From positions 1 through 38,710 of the IMG/VR virus record IMGVR_UViG_3300025803_000029: DNA of 38,710 nt. One strand, written 5' to 3'. Shown in pieces: positions 9,243-17,454 of this stretch. Every line of letters begins with the position of its first letter. The stretch's first letter is position 1. The notes beneath the pieces were generated by a model. It did no database searches, had not been told where the DNA came from, and saw nothing but the letters and a program-made list of their open reading frames with translations. Position numbers and translations under genes: made by a program. This DNA is from a virus. Its lineage: Duplodnaviria; Caudoviricetes.

Positions 9243-11376
9243 ATAATTGTCTTATCTGATCTTGTACTTGTTGCGATTGCTCTGCTGCTTTTCTAAAATC
9301 GTTTGTGCTTTCAGCAACTAACATTTTATTTAAATCAGCGTCTGCCTTTATTTGTTGTGAGTCTAATTGAGCATTGTATTTAAGTTCTAGCTCTTTTAGT
9401 TTAATTTCATTTTCGTAAAGAATTTCTGCGTTTTGTGATTTAACTTTTTTCAGTTCTATTTCTAGTTCAGCAATCTTACGCTGTTCTTCACTTGCAATTC
9501 TTCTAAACTCAATTTTTTCAATTGGTGTTAATGGTGGCTCAGGTGGAGGTGTAACCATACCTTTACCCATTTCAGGATTTACAAAGTAATTCTCAACATT
9601 TTTCAGGCCAGCATTTTCAATAATTTTTGCTAAACTATTATAAATATTTTTAAGACTAACCATTGGGTATTCTCTATTGCCTTGCAATTGGAACGCCTGG
9701 AGTTGTCTTTCTAAAATATTATTTAGCATCATTATTTGTTGTTCTTTAGAACCTGATCCTAAACCAACAGTAATACTAATATTAAATCTGTTTCTCCACT
9801 CAGTAGGTTTTACTGGAATGAACTGATTATTTAATTCTACAATTCTTTCTTTGTCTTGGTACTTACAAGTTAGTTCAAAGATACGTCTAAATAAATCTTT
9901 GATACCAGTTTCTGCAAACACTCTAGCAATTAACTCCATACGCATTTGCGATTGAGTCATAATTGCATTTACGCCAGTTGCAGTTTTATTCAAGCTATCT
10001 GCATCTAAGCCTTGATTATATCTTGTAATACCAGTTCTAGTTTCCCTTACAGTATCTAAGTATTCTAATAATGGGAAAGCTTGTTGCGATATAGTTTGCG
10101 ATTGCATTGGCAACATAACTTGTGATGGTGGTTGTTTAGTTCTAACTACACCGCCTGGTCTTGAAGTAAGTAAATCATCTAGATTTACCATACCATCCAT
10201 TATTGCAACTCTGTTGTTGTTAGTTAAATACATATTGTCTAACAACTGTCGCATTACTGTAGATTTAACTAGCTGCACATCTTCTACTAACTCTGCAACT
10301 GATCTACCATAAAATCTATGTGGCATTGGAATAGGTGTTAGTGAACAGAATGGAATATTATCGCAACTTTCATTGGATAAAATTTCATAACCACTTTCAC
10401 CGGCAACAATAACTTTTCTAAGTTCTGCAACGCCATCGCCATCAATATCACATCTTACATAGCACTCATAAATTTCGATCTCAGCTGTCGAATTATCTGG
10501 TGCATTGTCAAATGGTGCTTGGTCTATATCTGAGTATCTTGTTAATCTTTCGTTATTTAAAATTATGTTATTTGTAGTTGGTAGGTTTTCTACTACCTCT
10601 TTATCAAATCCCATTTCAATTAAATCGGATCTAGTTTTAGATACTCTGTGTGCTACAAAGTTTGCTGACTCAATAGATTTTGCAGTTCTTTGTATTAAAA
10701 ATTCTTCTGGTGGAACATTTTCTATTTTAACTTTACCACCTCTTGATGTTCGTTTAATAACGCAGTTGTGAAGCATAGGTGTAGGCTCATCTGCAACTAA
10801 CTTACCTTGCTTAGTTGCCTCTACTAATAATAAGTCCATAGCAGCTTTCATCTTCTCATCAACAAAAGACTCTTCTTCAACTACTGTAACATTTTCATCG
10901 TCAAGCAATAATTGATATTCTTGATCGTTTAAATTCTCATAAGTTTCTTGTTCAACACTACTACTGTCATCCCAATAAACTTTTACAATTCCATTTTTTT
11001 CTAAAAGTGCATCCTTGAACCAGGTATATAAAATTGAAAAACCAGGATTATCTTTATTAAAAATATAATTAATATAATTTGTAGCTTGTTCTGCTAAAGG
11101 TACATCTTCACTTTTAACCGGCTCACATTTAACTACTTGATCTGATGCTGTAAAAATTCTAAGCAAGTTAGGTAATATTGTTTCAATTGTGTCTGCAACA
11201 TCTGTACTCACAACCTGGCTACGACCATCTATCTCAGTACCAAGTTTCTCCCCCATATAATATTCCATAGATTTTTTTCTTTGTGAAGTAAGGTTACTTC
11301 CCATAAAACCTATAGAGTTATTTATTTCTGAGTTAATGATTGCTCTTAACTGTTCGTTTGTAACTTTGTCTGCCAT
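9184..11376 (-). CDS. Portal protein (P22-like)
   Basis: GRSQVVSTDVADTIETILP, DALLEKNGIVKVYWD and PMPHRFYGRS motifs, C-terminal coiled coil. Confidence 0.9.
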   Translation of the reverse strand: MADKVTNEQLRAIINSEINNSIGFMGSNLTSQRKKSMEYYMGEKLGTEIDGRSQVVSTDVADTIETILPNLLRIFTASDQVVKCEPVKSEDVPLAEQATNYINYIFNKDNPGFSILYTWFKDALLEKNGIVKVYWDDSSSVEQETYENLNDQEYQLLLDDENVTVVEEESFVDEKMKAAMDLLLVEATKQGKLVADEPTPMLHNCVIKRTSRGGKVKIENVPPEEFLIQRTAKSIESANFVAHRVSKTRSDLIEMGFDKEVVENLPTTNNIILNNERLTRYSDIDQAPFDNAPDNSTAEIEIYECYVRCDIDGDGVAELRKVIVAGESGYEILSNESCDNIPFCSLTPIPMPHRFYGRSVAELVEDVQLVKSTVMRQLLDNMYLTNNNRVAIMDGMVNLDDLLTSRPGGVVRTKQPPSQVMLPMQSQTISQQAFPLLEYLDTVRETRTGITRYNQGLDADSLNKTATGVNAIMTQSQMRMELIARVFAETGIKDLFRRIFELTCKYQDKERIVELNNQFIPVKPTEWRNRFNISITVGLGSGSKEQQIMMLNNILERQLQAFQLQGNREYPMVSLKNIYNSLAKIIENAGLKNVENYFVNPEMGKGMVTPPPEPPLTPIEKIEFRRIASEEQRKIAELEIELKKVKSQNAEILYENEIKLKELELKYNAQLDSQQIKADADLNKMLVAESTNDFRKAAEQSQQVQDQIRQLYGQGSGGQAPKGSEPGEQS

Positions 11377-11377
11377 A

Positions 11378-12646
11378 TTAAACTATATAATTTGTGTTAA
11401 TTGGAACTTGATTAGTCCAATCTGAAATTTCAGCACCCTGTCCTATTATGCCAGTCCTAAAACTATCGGCACAATGCGATGCGTAATTGTGCATGGGTTT
11501 ATTTTTAAAGCATTGGTTTTTATCATCCCACCTTTTTTGGTAGGCTTTTAAATACTCAATTCCTGTTTTGCATTTTTCTTTATCAAACCAACAATTCGGC
11601 AATGCTTTTCGTACTGCTTCAATTCCATCTTCAATTGACAGCTTTGGAGCTACTTCGCCAGCTATTCCTAATTCTAATAAACTTTCTAATCTTGATTTAC
11701 CAAAATTACCTATTTCCCTTACTTGAACATCATGGGGAAATACATGAGTAGAATATTCATAATCTTTTTCATTTAGAACATCTGAATAATGATCCAAACC
11801 ATAACCACTATTTTCATAGTAATCTATTAATCTTATTTCACCTTTGTACTTTTGCACAAACCAAATAGCTGTTGAATCGTTAAGACCCAAATCCCACCAG
11901 GTTTCTACTTCTAGGTTATCATCGTAAGGCACATCGGTAATTCTACCATCTTTTGCTAGACCCTCTATGATAGCACCATAATAAGAACCAGTAATCGCAG
12001 CATTGAAACTTACTTCAAATTCTTGGTTGTACAAATCTTTAGACATTACAGCTTTAGCTGCATCTAACTCATCTTGGTCTAAAATTTTTGTATCGCTTGC
12101 TTTAAATTTACAAGCATACCAATCTTTGTTTTCTTTTGCTTGTTCGTATAATTCAAAAAAATAATTTCTGCCTTTTGGTGTTCCTATAAACACACACCAT
12201 CCTTTTCGGTCTGCCAAAGCTGGTCTTATGACTTCTGGAAATATGGTAGGCTTAATACTTTGGGTTTCATCAAACACACATCCATCTAAGAAAATTCCTC
12301 TTAAAGATTGATCGTTCTCAGCCCCTAATATTGTTATCCTTGCACCATTTGGTAAATCGCACCTAAGCTCACTTTCGTTGAATTTAGTGCCAGGTATTTT
12401 ACCAGCGTATGTTTTTATGTAATCCCAAGCGGTGGCCTTTCCCTGTTTGAATGTGGGCGATAGAAACGCATATCTGGGGTTAGGCAAGGGATTTGTTAAA
12501 GCTGCTTTCAGCATATGATTTATGGTCATTACTGTTTTGCCAGCTCTACGATGCAGCACTAAAACACTAAATCGGTGCTTATCAATTTTCTTGTGCAAAA
12601 AATTTTGTAATTCTCTTGGTTTGTATGGAATGACTATGTTTGCCAT
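11378..12646 (-). CDS. terL: Terminase large subunit
   Basis: HRRAGKT Walker A, LRGIFLDGCVFDE Walker B, GTPKG, WDLG nuclease motif, HCADSFR. Confidence 0.95.
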   Translation of the reverse strand: MANIVIPYKPRELQNFLHKKIDKHRFSVLVLHRRAGKTVMTINHMLKAALTNPLPNPRYAFLSPTFKQGKATAWDYIKTYAGKIPGTKFNESELRCDLPNGARITILGAENDQSLRGIFLDGCVFDETQSIKPTIFPEVIRPALADRKGWCVFIGTPKGRNYFFELYEQAKENKDWYACKFKASDTKILDQDELDAAKAVMSKDLYNQEFEVSFNAAITGSYYGAIIEGLAKDGRITDVPYDDNLEVETWWDLGLNDSTAIWFVQKYKGEIRLIDYYENSGYGLDHYSDVLNEKDYEYSTHVFPHDVQVREIGNFGKSRLESLLELGIAGEVAPKLSIEDGIEAVRKALPNCWFDKEKCKTGIEYLKAYQKRWDDKNQCFKNKPMHNYASHCADSFRTGIIGQGAEISDWTNQVPINTNYIV

Positions 12647-12664
12647 TTTAAAACAAAACCCCCC

Positions 12665-12856
12665 TTAGTGTACTGTGACACCTCTAGGTACATTTAATAA
12701 TTGTTCTATTCCAAGATCATCCATGATGTGATGTGAAAAATATCTGCACTCAGTTAAATCATTGAAACCGCCAAAGTGTACTACAACGCTATTGGTAGAC
12801 TCCATAATGTAGATAACTGCTGAATATCCTTGTTTGCCATCTTCGTAGTCGAACAT
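12665..12856 (-). CDS. Hypothetical protein
   Basis: ORF track; AAGGG RBS. Confidence 0.6.
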   Translation of the reverse strand: MFDYEDGKQGYSAVIYIMESTNSVVVHFGGFNDLTECRYFSHHIMDDLGIEQLLNVPRGVTVH

Positions 12857-13191
12857 ATTAAAAACCCTTGTTTATTTGTGTGTAACATCCCTAATTTTTT
12901 TTTTAGTTACCGATATAGCTTTGGGGTATGGCTTCGTTCAAAACCCCCCAAAATCTAGGTTTAGAACTAAAAACTGATTAGTAATCAATTGGTTTAGTCT
13001 ATTAACCTTGATAAATAATAATTTTATTATGCCGGTATAGTTTTGGTATAGCTTAGCTCTAATATTTTCTGTAGTTTAGAATAATTCTAGAACAAAATGT
13101 GAACATTTAAACCTTAGCTATAAGGTTCGGTGTGCTAGTTTTATCTGCAACTCACATAATATTAAACTATTACCAGTAAAATCAATAACTT

Positions 13192-13611
13192 TTACTTATC
13201 CCACTTAACAACTAATGGAGTATTTTTATCAAAATTTAATGTAGTTGCATCCCTTTTAGCATAGTATTTGGGTGCAATTCGTTCAGATTTCCACTTACTT
13301 AGATCAACAAATGACTTAATTAAATGTGTTTGTCCTAAATCTGTCTTTTCTTTAAACTTACTGTTCTCAATACTTTCGTTAAGTAAATCTTGTGCATCAG
13401 ATAATAAATATTCAATACCATCTGTTTTAGCATCTTCGTATTGCTGCCTAAGCTCAGGATCTTTTCTCATCCATGATCTAAAGGTTTCCCAACATGGTCT
13501 ATCTTTAGCTTTATTTATTGGTGTAAGACAGCTTCTGATACTTTTGCCTACAGCAAGCTCAGATAGTATTTCTTTGATCAAAGTCTTGTTGTATTTAGTT
13601 TTATTGGCCAT
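13192..13611 (-). CDS. terS: Terminase small subunit (Sf6-like)
   Basis: LAVGKSIRSC...P...TFRSW...QYEDAK and KW..ERIAPKYY motifs; upstream of terL. Confidence 0.8.
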   Translation of the reverse strand: MANKTKYNKTLIKEILSELAVGKSIRSCLTPINKAKDRPCWETFRSWMRKDPELRQQYEDAKTDGIEYLLSDAQDLLNESIENSKFKEKTDLGQTHLIKSFVDLSKWKSERIAPKYYAKRDATTLNFDKNTPLVVKWDK

Positions 13612-13630
13612 TTTATTAATCTATTTCTGG

Positions 13631-13659
13631 TTGTAATACTGTTAGCGATAGTGTTTAAT
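13631..13659 (+). promoter_or_regulatory. Sigma70-like promoter TTGTAA-N17-TTTAAT
   Basis: 17-bp spacing; spacer begins TACTGTTA as in the integrase-operon promoter. Confidence 0.4.
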
Positions 13660-13699
13660 AGTGTTATCAACTGATTCTAACGAATCAAAGGAGAGAAAT

Positions 13700-13858
13700 A
13701 TGTTTAATAAAAATAAAATACTAACTACTCCAATTGTTATGTTTAGAGTTCCTATTCTTAAATACTACAAGAACAAGGATAAGTTCAAATCAGCATTAAA
13801 CAATAGGAAAGAGTTAAAAAAGCTTAAATTAAAAGACTTTAAGCCTATCGAACATTAA
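13700..13858 (+). CDS. 52-aa basic protein, counter-oriented (moron-like); true start probably 13700
   Basis: AAGGAGAGAAAT RBS precedes the ATG at 13700, in frame with ORF 13661..13858. Confidence 0.6.
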   Translation: MFNKNKILTTPIVMFRVPILKYYKNKDKFKSALNNRKELKKLKLKDFKPIEH

Positions 13859-13860
13859 TA

Positions 13861-13926
13861 ATCATAGTGGGGTGTAACCTAAGAGAGAGAGAAAGAAAGA
13901 AAGGACTGACCACCCCACAATATGAT
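13861..13926 (-). ncRNA. Candidate structured RNA with a pyrimidine-rich (anti-SD-like) loop; strand uncertain
   Basis: GTGGGGTG/CACCCCAC and ATCATA/TATGAT stems enclose CCTTTCTTTCTTTCTCTCTCTCTT on the minus strand. Confidence 0.4.
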
Positions 13927-14012
13927 TCAAACTAAAAAAAAAGGTTTTATAAAAAACACTTATTTCAAGTATAATTTTTTTTTCTTACTTATTTGATAAC
14001 TTGTCAAATACT

Positions 14013-14426
14013 TTACAAATATTTTGTTAAGTTCTTATTAGCTTGTACACAAGCATCAACCAATGCTCTGTGATATTGGTATCTAATCTTTTCATGGCTA
14101 TCACCAATATAAAATCTTTTAAGCTGCCTAAAGGATCTGTAAGGAAAATGTCTTAGATACATCAGTTCTCTGTGATCCTTTTTAATATCAATCAACAAGA
14201 GAAGTACGAATTCATAGATTGATAATTGTTTTGATGTTGGAACTATCTTGAGTCTAGCAGTAGAGGTTGCCGAATCCTTGTAAGTATTTTTATCTGGTGC
14301 TACATCTAACATTTGAAAGTTAGTAGTACATACTGGTTTCTTTACTCCAGGTGATATTCTATCTACAAATGCTGCAATACTTAAAAATCTATCTAATTCA
14401 TCTGTAGTTAATCTAGCTGTAATCAT
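14013..14426 (-). CDS. Putative late-transcription regulator (DUF6362-like)
   Basis: Last early gene before terS; C-terminal helical DNA-binding-like segment. Confidence 0.45.
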   Translation of the reverse strand: MITARLTTDELDRFLSIAAFVDRISPGVKKPVCTTNFQMLDVAPDKNTYKDSATSTARLKIVPTSKQLSIYEFVLLLLIDIKKDHRELMYLRHFPYRSFRQLKRFYIGDSHEKIRYQYHRALVDACVQANKNLTKYL

Positions 14427-14626
14427 TGTTTGTAAATATCCTCTATGTATTGGTTGAATCTATCTTTACTGAGTGATTTTTGTTTATTTTTTATTTCCTT
14501 ATTAAGATCATGTTGTTTTCTGTTCTTAATTCTTGATTGTTTAGCTTGTGAGTAGAAATAGTTAGTATTTTTAACTATTTTATTTAATTGTTTCTGGATT
14601 ATCTTAGGATCTACATACTTAGTCAT
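14423..14626 (-). CDS. Hypothetical basic protein
   Basis: ORF track; ATGA overlap. Confidence 0.6.
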   Translation of the reverse strand: MTKYVDPKIIQKQLNKIVKNTNYFYSQAKQSRIKNRKQHDLNKEIKNKQKSLSKDRFNQYIEDIYKQ

Positions 14627-14670
14627 TACTAACCCTATAGATATGAGTATATAGTTCTATATTAAGATAT

Positions 14671-14709
14671 GTTTTTGATACACCCAAATGAAGTTTTTGA
14701 TACACCCAA
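14671..14709. repeat. Two 17-bp direct repeats GTTTTTGATACACCCAA with 22-bp period; candidate iterons / origin
   Basis: Exact copies at 14671-14687 and 14693-14709, adjacent to the HTH gene stop and an AT-rich tract. Confidence 0.75.
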
Positions 14710-15099
14710 CTATTTCCTGTTATTAACTATGTGAATAACTTTTGGATTATTCATGGCATAGTTCTTTTGTTGTTTATTCTTAGCTAAAGTAATTTTTCTT
14801 CGCTTATTTAGATTGTGTTGTATATAATCTTGCATTAATTTTTTCTCAAAAACATAATGGTTTGTGCCATTGTTAATTTGTTTTCTAGCAAGCATCCCAA
14901 ACAACTGTAGTCGGTCAAGGCACTTAGTAAGTGTTCTCCTGGTTTTAATACCAGTTCTTAACATCAGGTATTTGTGCGATATTCGGCAACCATTGGGTGC
15001 AAACTCAAAGGATTTGCAAATGACATAGATTAGCTTTTCATGGCTATTTAAGTTTCTGTTGTTAATTAAATCTTTGTCAAATTTTTCAAAATATTTCAT
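14710..15099 (-). CDS. Winged-HTH replication-initiator-like protein
   Basis: LNSHEKLIY...SHKYLMLRTGIKTRRTLTKCLDRL...NHY pattern typical of phage initiator N-termini. Confidence 0.65.
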   Translation of the reverse strand: MKYFEKFDKDLINNRNLNSHEKLIYVICKSFEFAPNGCRISHKYLMLRTGIKTRRTLTKCLDRLQLFGMLARKQINNGTNHYVFEKKLMQDYIQHNLNKRRKITLAKNKQQKNYAMNNPKVIHIVNNRK

Positions 15100-15632
15100 A
15101 CTTCGTTACCCCAACAATCCCATCCATCAACTTTCTGTCTGGCAAAGAGTTCAATTCTAGGTAAATCACCACAAAGCTGTACGATTCTATCCCTTACACA
15201 ATCAGGCTTTCTGCTGTGTTCTCTAATTTTATCAAGCACTACCTGGTGGACAGATGATGATATTCTTTTTGGCTTACCTTTTGTGGCCAGCAAACAAATC
15301 TCATTATTGGATCTTGTATAATAACCCATTCCCCAAAATAAACTGTCAGCTTTTTTATTTTTTTTTATCCAACTAAAACCACAAGTTTTATATGTAAATC
15401 CCCATCGTTTTATGGTTTCTAAACCCTCTAATAAATTTGGATATGTTACCCAAATAAATAAAATACAATTATCGTCTGCAATTTCATTTACAGGCATTTT
15501 ATAAATATCCTCAGCTGACATGAGATCATAATGATCTGAAACTTTTCTTTGTGCTTTGTTGCTCCAAAAAGTAAAAGTCCAAGCTGGATCTGCATAAATA
15601 ATATTGTATTTTTTGTTTGGCAGCTTAATCAT
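15096..15632 (-). CDS. MT-A70 family adenine methyltransferase (start probably 15632)
   Basis: YNIIYADPAW, LFIWVT, WGFTYKT, GMGYYTRSNNE, HSRKP and IELFAR motifs. Confidence 0.92.
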   Translation of the reverse strand: MIKLPNKKYNIIYADPAWTFTFWSNKAQRKVSDHYDLMSAEDIYKMPVNEIADDNCILFIWVTYPNLLEGLETIKRWGFTYKTCGFSWIKKNKKADSLFWGMGYYTRSNNEICLLATKGKPKRISSSVHQVVLDKIREHSRKPDCVRDRIVQLCGDLPRIELFARQKVDGWDCWGNEV

Positions 15633-15792
15633 CCTCACCACCTTTACCTATTTCCTCTAATGGTATTTGTAATATTTCAGATGAATAATGATCTGGGCAA
15701 TAATGCTTATTGTTTTCTGTTAGCATAGCTGGTGTATCACAATCTTTCATGCAACACTTCTTTGCCGGATCACCATACATATCTAGTTCCAT
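15625..15792 (-). CDS. 55-aa putative zinc-binding protein (CCMKDC...HYCPDH), not in ORF track
   Basis: Hand translation; fills the gap between the two methyltransferases. Confidence 0.65.
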   Translation of the reverse strand: MELDMYGDPAKKCCMKDCDTPAMLTENNKHYCPDHYSSEILQIPLEEIGKGGEDD

Positions 15793-16685
15793 TCATTTAT
15801 TTCTTCTTCTGCTTTAATAATGGCTTTGCCAATTTCTGTGATGATGGGAGGTACGATTGAATTTCCAAGTGCTTTAATTCTGTTGGCTCTATCTGTGTCC
15901 AATTCTGTTGAAATCCCATGAGGAATTCCAAAAAGTTCGGATTCAGTTTCCCACCAGGTTTGTTGTTTTTTAATATCTGTCTGGCACAACTGTTTTGTGA
16001 GTTCTTGCCCATTTTCCAAGTTGTGTTGTAGCTCATATCCTTGTGATCTGATGCTCTGGGTGTTGGATAATTCCATTTGATTACTGGTTGTTCTGAGTTG
16101 TAATCTTTGATTGCTGTTAAAATATTTATTTGATGTTTCTTCTCCCTTAAATTTTTCTGACTTCTTGCACCCCTTGCTGAATCCCAAGCATTTGGTGTTG
16201 GCAGCAACGATCCAGATTCTACTTCTTTTGTGCCATGCTCCTTGCGAACTAGCTGAAATATTAAAAGTTTGGACTTCGAAACCTTGAGATTCCAAATCAT
16301 TGTAAATTCCTTGCAAGATTTCTCCATTTGAGATGTTAGTAAGGTTTTGGACATTTTCGCCAATAATCCATCTGGGTTTAACCTCTTTAATGACTCTAAA
16401 CATTTCATCCCAGAGGTATCGTTCATCATCTTTTCCTTTTTGCTTACCGGCAATACTGAAACTTTGACAGGGAAAACCTCCGACCAACACATCTGCTTTA
16501 ATTTTTCTGGCATCTAATTTTTTAATATCCTCATGTATTGGTATGTTTGGCCAATGCTTATGCAAAACCTTTTGGCAAAACTTGTCTTGCTCACAAAAGG
16601 CAACTGTTTTGAATTTATTAGTTGACTCAAGACCAATACTAAAACCACCAATACCGCTGAATAAATCAAGTACACTTAATTCCAT
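15783..16685 (-). CDS. DNA cytosine-5 methyltransferase, alpha polypeptide
   Basis: Motifs I FSGIGG, IV GFPCQ, VI ENV, VIII HKRSR and X ALGNSIVP; motif IX absent from this frame. Confidence 0.92.
   Translation of the reverse strand: MELSVLDLFSGIGGFSIGLESTNKFKTVAFCEQDKFCQKVLHKHWPNIPIHEDIKKLDARKIKADVLVGGFPCQSFSIAGKQKGKDDERYLWDEMFRVIKEVKPRWIIGENVQNLTNISNGEILQGIYNDLESQGFEVQTFNISASSQGAWHKRSRIWIVAANTKCLGFSKGCKKSEKFKGEETSNKYFNSNQRLQLRTTSNQMELSNTQSIRSQGYELQHNLENGQELTKQLCQTDIKKQQTWWETESELFGIPHGISTELDTDRANRIKALGNSIVPPIITEIGKAIIKAEEEINEWN
15797..16513 (-). CDS. Nested alternative-frame beta polypeptide of the C5 methyltransferase (possible start 16429 or 16426)
   Basis: 238 open codons; motif-IX-like LNPNFLEFLMGFQQNWT; PTPxAxD repeats; AAGGA before ATGATG. 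Confidence 0.75.
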   Translation of the reverse strand: MPEKLKQMCWSEVFPVKVSVLPVSKKEKMMNDTSGMKCLESLKRLNPDGLLAKMSKTLLTSQMEKSCKEFTMIWNLKVSKSKLLIFQLVRKEHGTKEVESGSLLPTPNAWDSARGARSQKNLREKKHQINILTAIKDYNSEQPVIKWNYPTPRASDHKDMSYNTTWKMGKNSQNSCARQILKNNKPGGKLNPNFLEFLMGFQQNWTQIEPTELKHLEIQSYLPSSQKLAKPLLKQKKK

Positions 16686-17185
16686 GCTCCATCTTTCAAA
16701 AATTTAATTGGTGTTAATTTTTCTAATCCTAATGAGTGAACTTTTGGTCGGTCAGTAATACCAAAGTCAGTTAAAAATCTGTCAGTACCTAAAACATGGG
16801 TACTATTAACAAAGCCATGAATTTCAAAAATAGGTGCTTTATCAATAACTAAAATGTAAATTTCGTTTGGCTTACTACCTTTGGGTCTAATAATTAAACT
16901 ATTATGTTTTTTAGGTAACTGCGATCTAACTTGTAAATGTATGTCATGAAATATTATGTCAGGGTTAGAGCCATGATTTACATGAAAATTAAATTGTGTA
17001 TCTAAATATCTGCAAACTGCAAGCTCTGCACAAGCACCACTAATTGATTTTGCTATCTGGTCATTAACTGTGCCTTTATAGTTATGACCCCAATCTTGTT
17101 TTAGTCTTAATGACTCAAATACTCTTAGCAACCCAGTTTGTGAAGCTGCCATAATATCGTATAAATCTAATTTAACTTCTATCAT
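16676..17185 (-). CDS. Hypothetical protein, possible PD-(D/E)xK fold
   Basis: GACAELAV...PDI...QVRS pattern. Confidence 0.55.
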   Translation of the reverse strand: MIEVKLDLYDIMAASQTGLLRVFESLRLKQDWGHNYKGTVNDQIAKSISGACAELAVCRYLDTQFNFHVNHGSNPDIIFHDIHLQVRSQLPKKHNSLIIRPKGSKPNEIYILVIDKAPIFEIHGFVNSTHVLGTDRFLTDFGITDRPKVHSLGLEKLTPIKFLKDGAWN

Positions 17186-17187
17186 AA

Positions 17188-17454
17188 TTAATTTGGTATT
17201 TTTTCTAAATGTAAATGATGTGATTTAATTTTATCCAATTCTCTATCTGACAGTTCTGGATTTAATTTTTCACAAAATGCTAAGATTAAACTTCTCATTT
17301 CAGAGTTGCTTAACAAATCAAATCCTGCCATTTCAAAAATTTGGTTGTATTCTTTAGGGGTAAAATTAATTTCTTCTAAATCTTTTATTTTTTCTTTTAT
17401 TTCTTTGTATTTTTTTAAATTAATATCAAATTCCACAATAACCCTCACACTCAT
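17188..17454 (-). CDS. Hypothetical protein
   Basis: ORF track; co-oriented in operon. Confidence 0.5.
   Translation of the reverse strand: MSVRVIVEFDINLKKYKEIKEKIKDLEEINFTPKEYNQIFEMAGFDLLSNSEMRSLILAFCEKLNPELSDRELDKIKSHHLHLEKIPN

Noticed and set aside
4112-13636. Plus-strand ORFs 4112, 7845, 8570, 10505 and 13268
   Set aside because: Antisense shadows of well-supported structural genes
15783-16685. Methyltransferase as a frameshifted pseudogene
   Set aside because: Both frames are intact and carry complementary motifs
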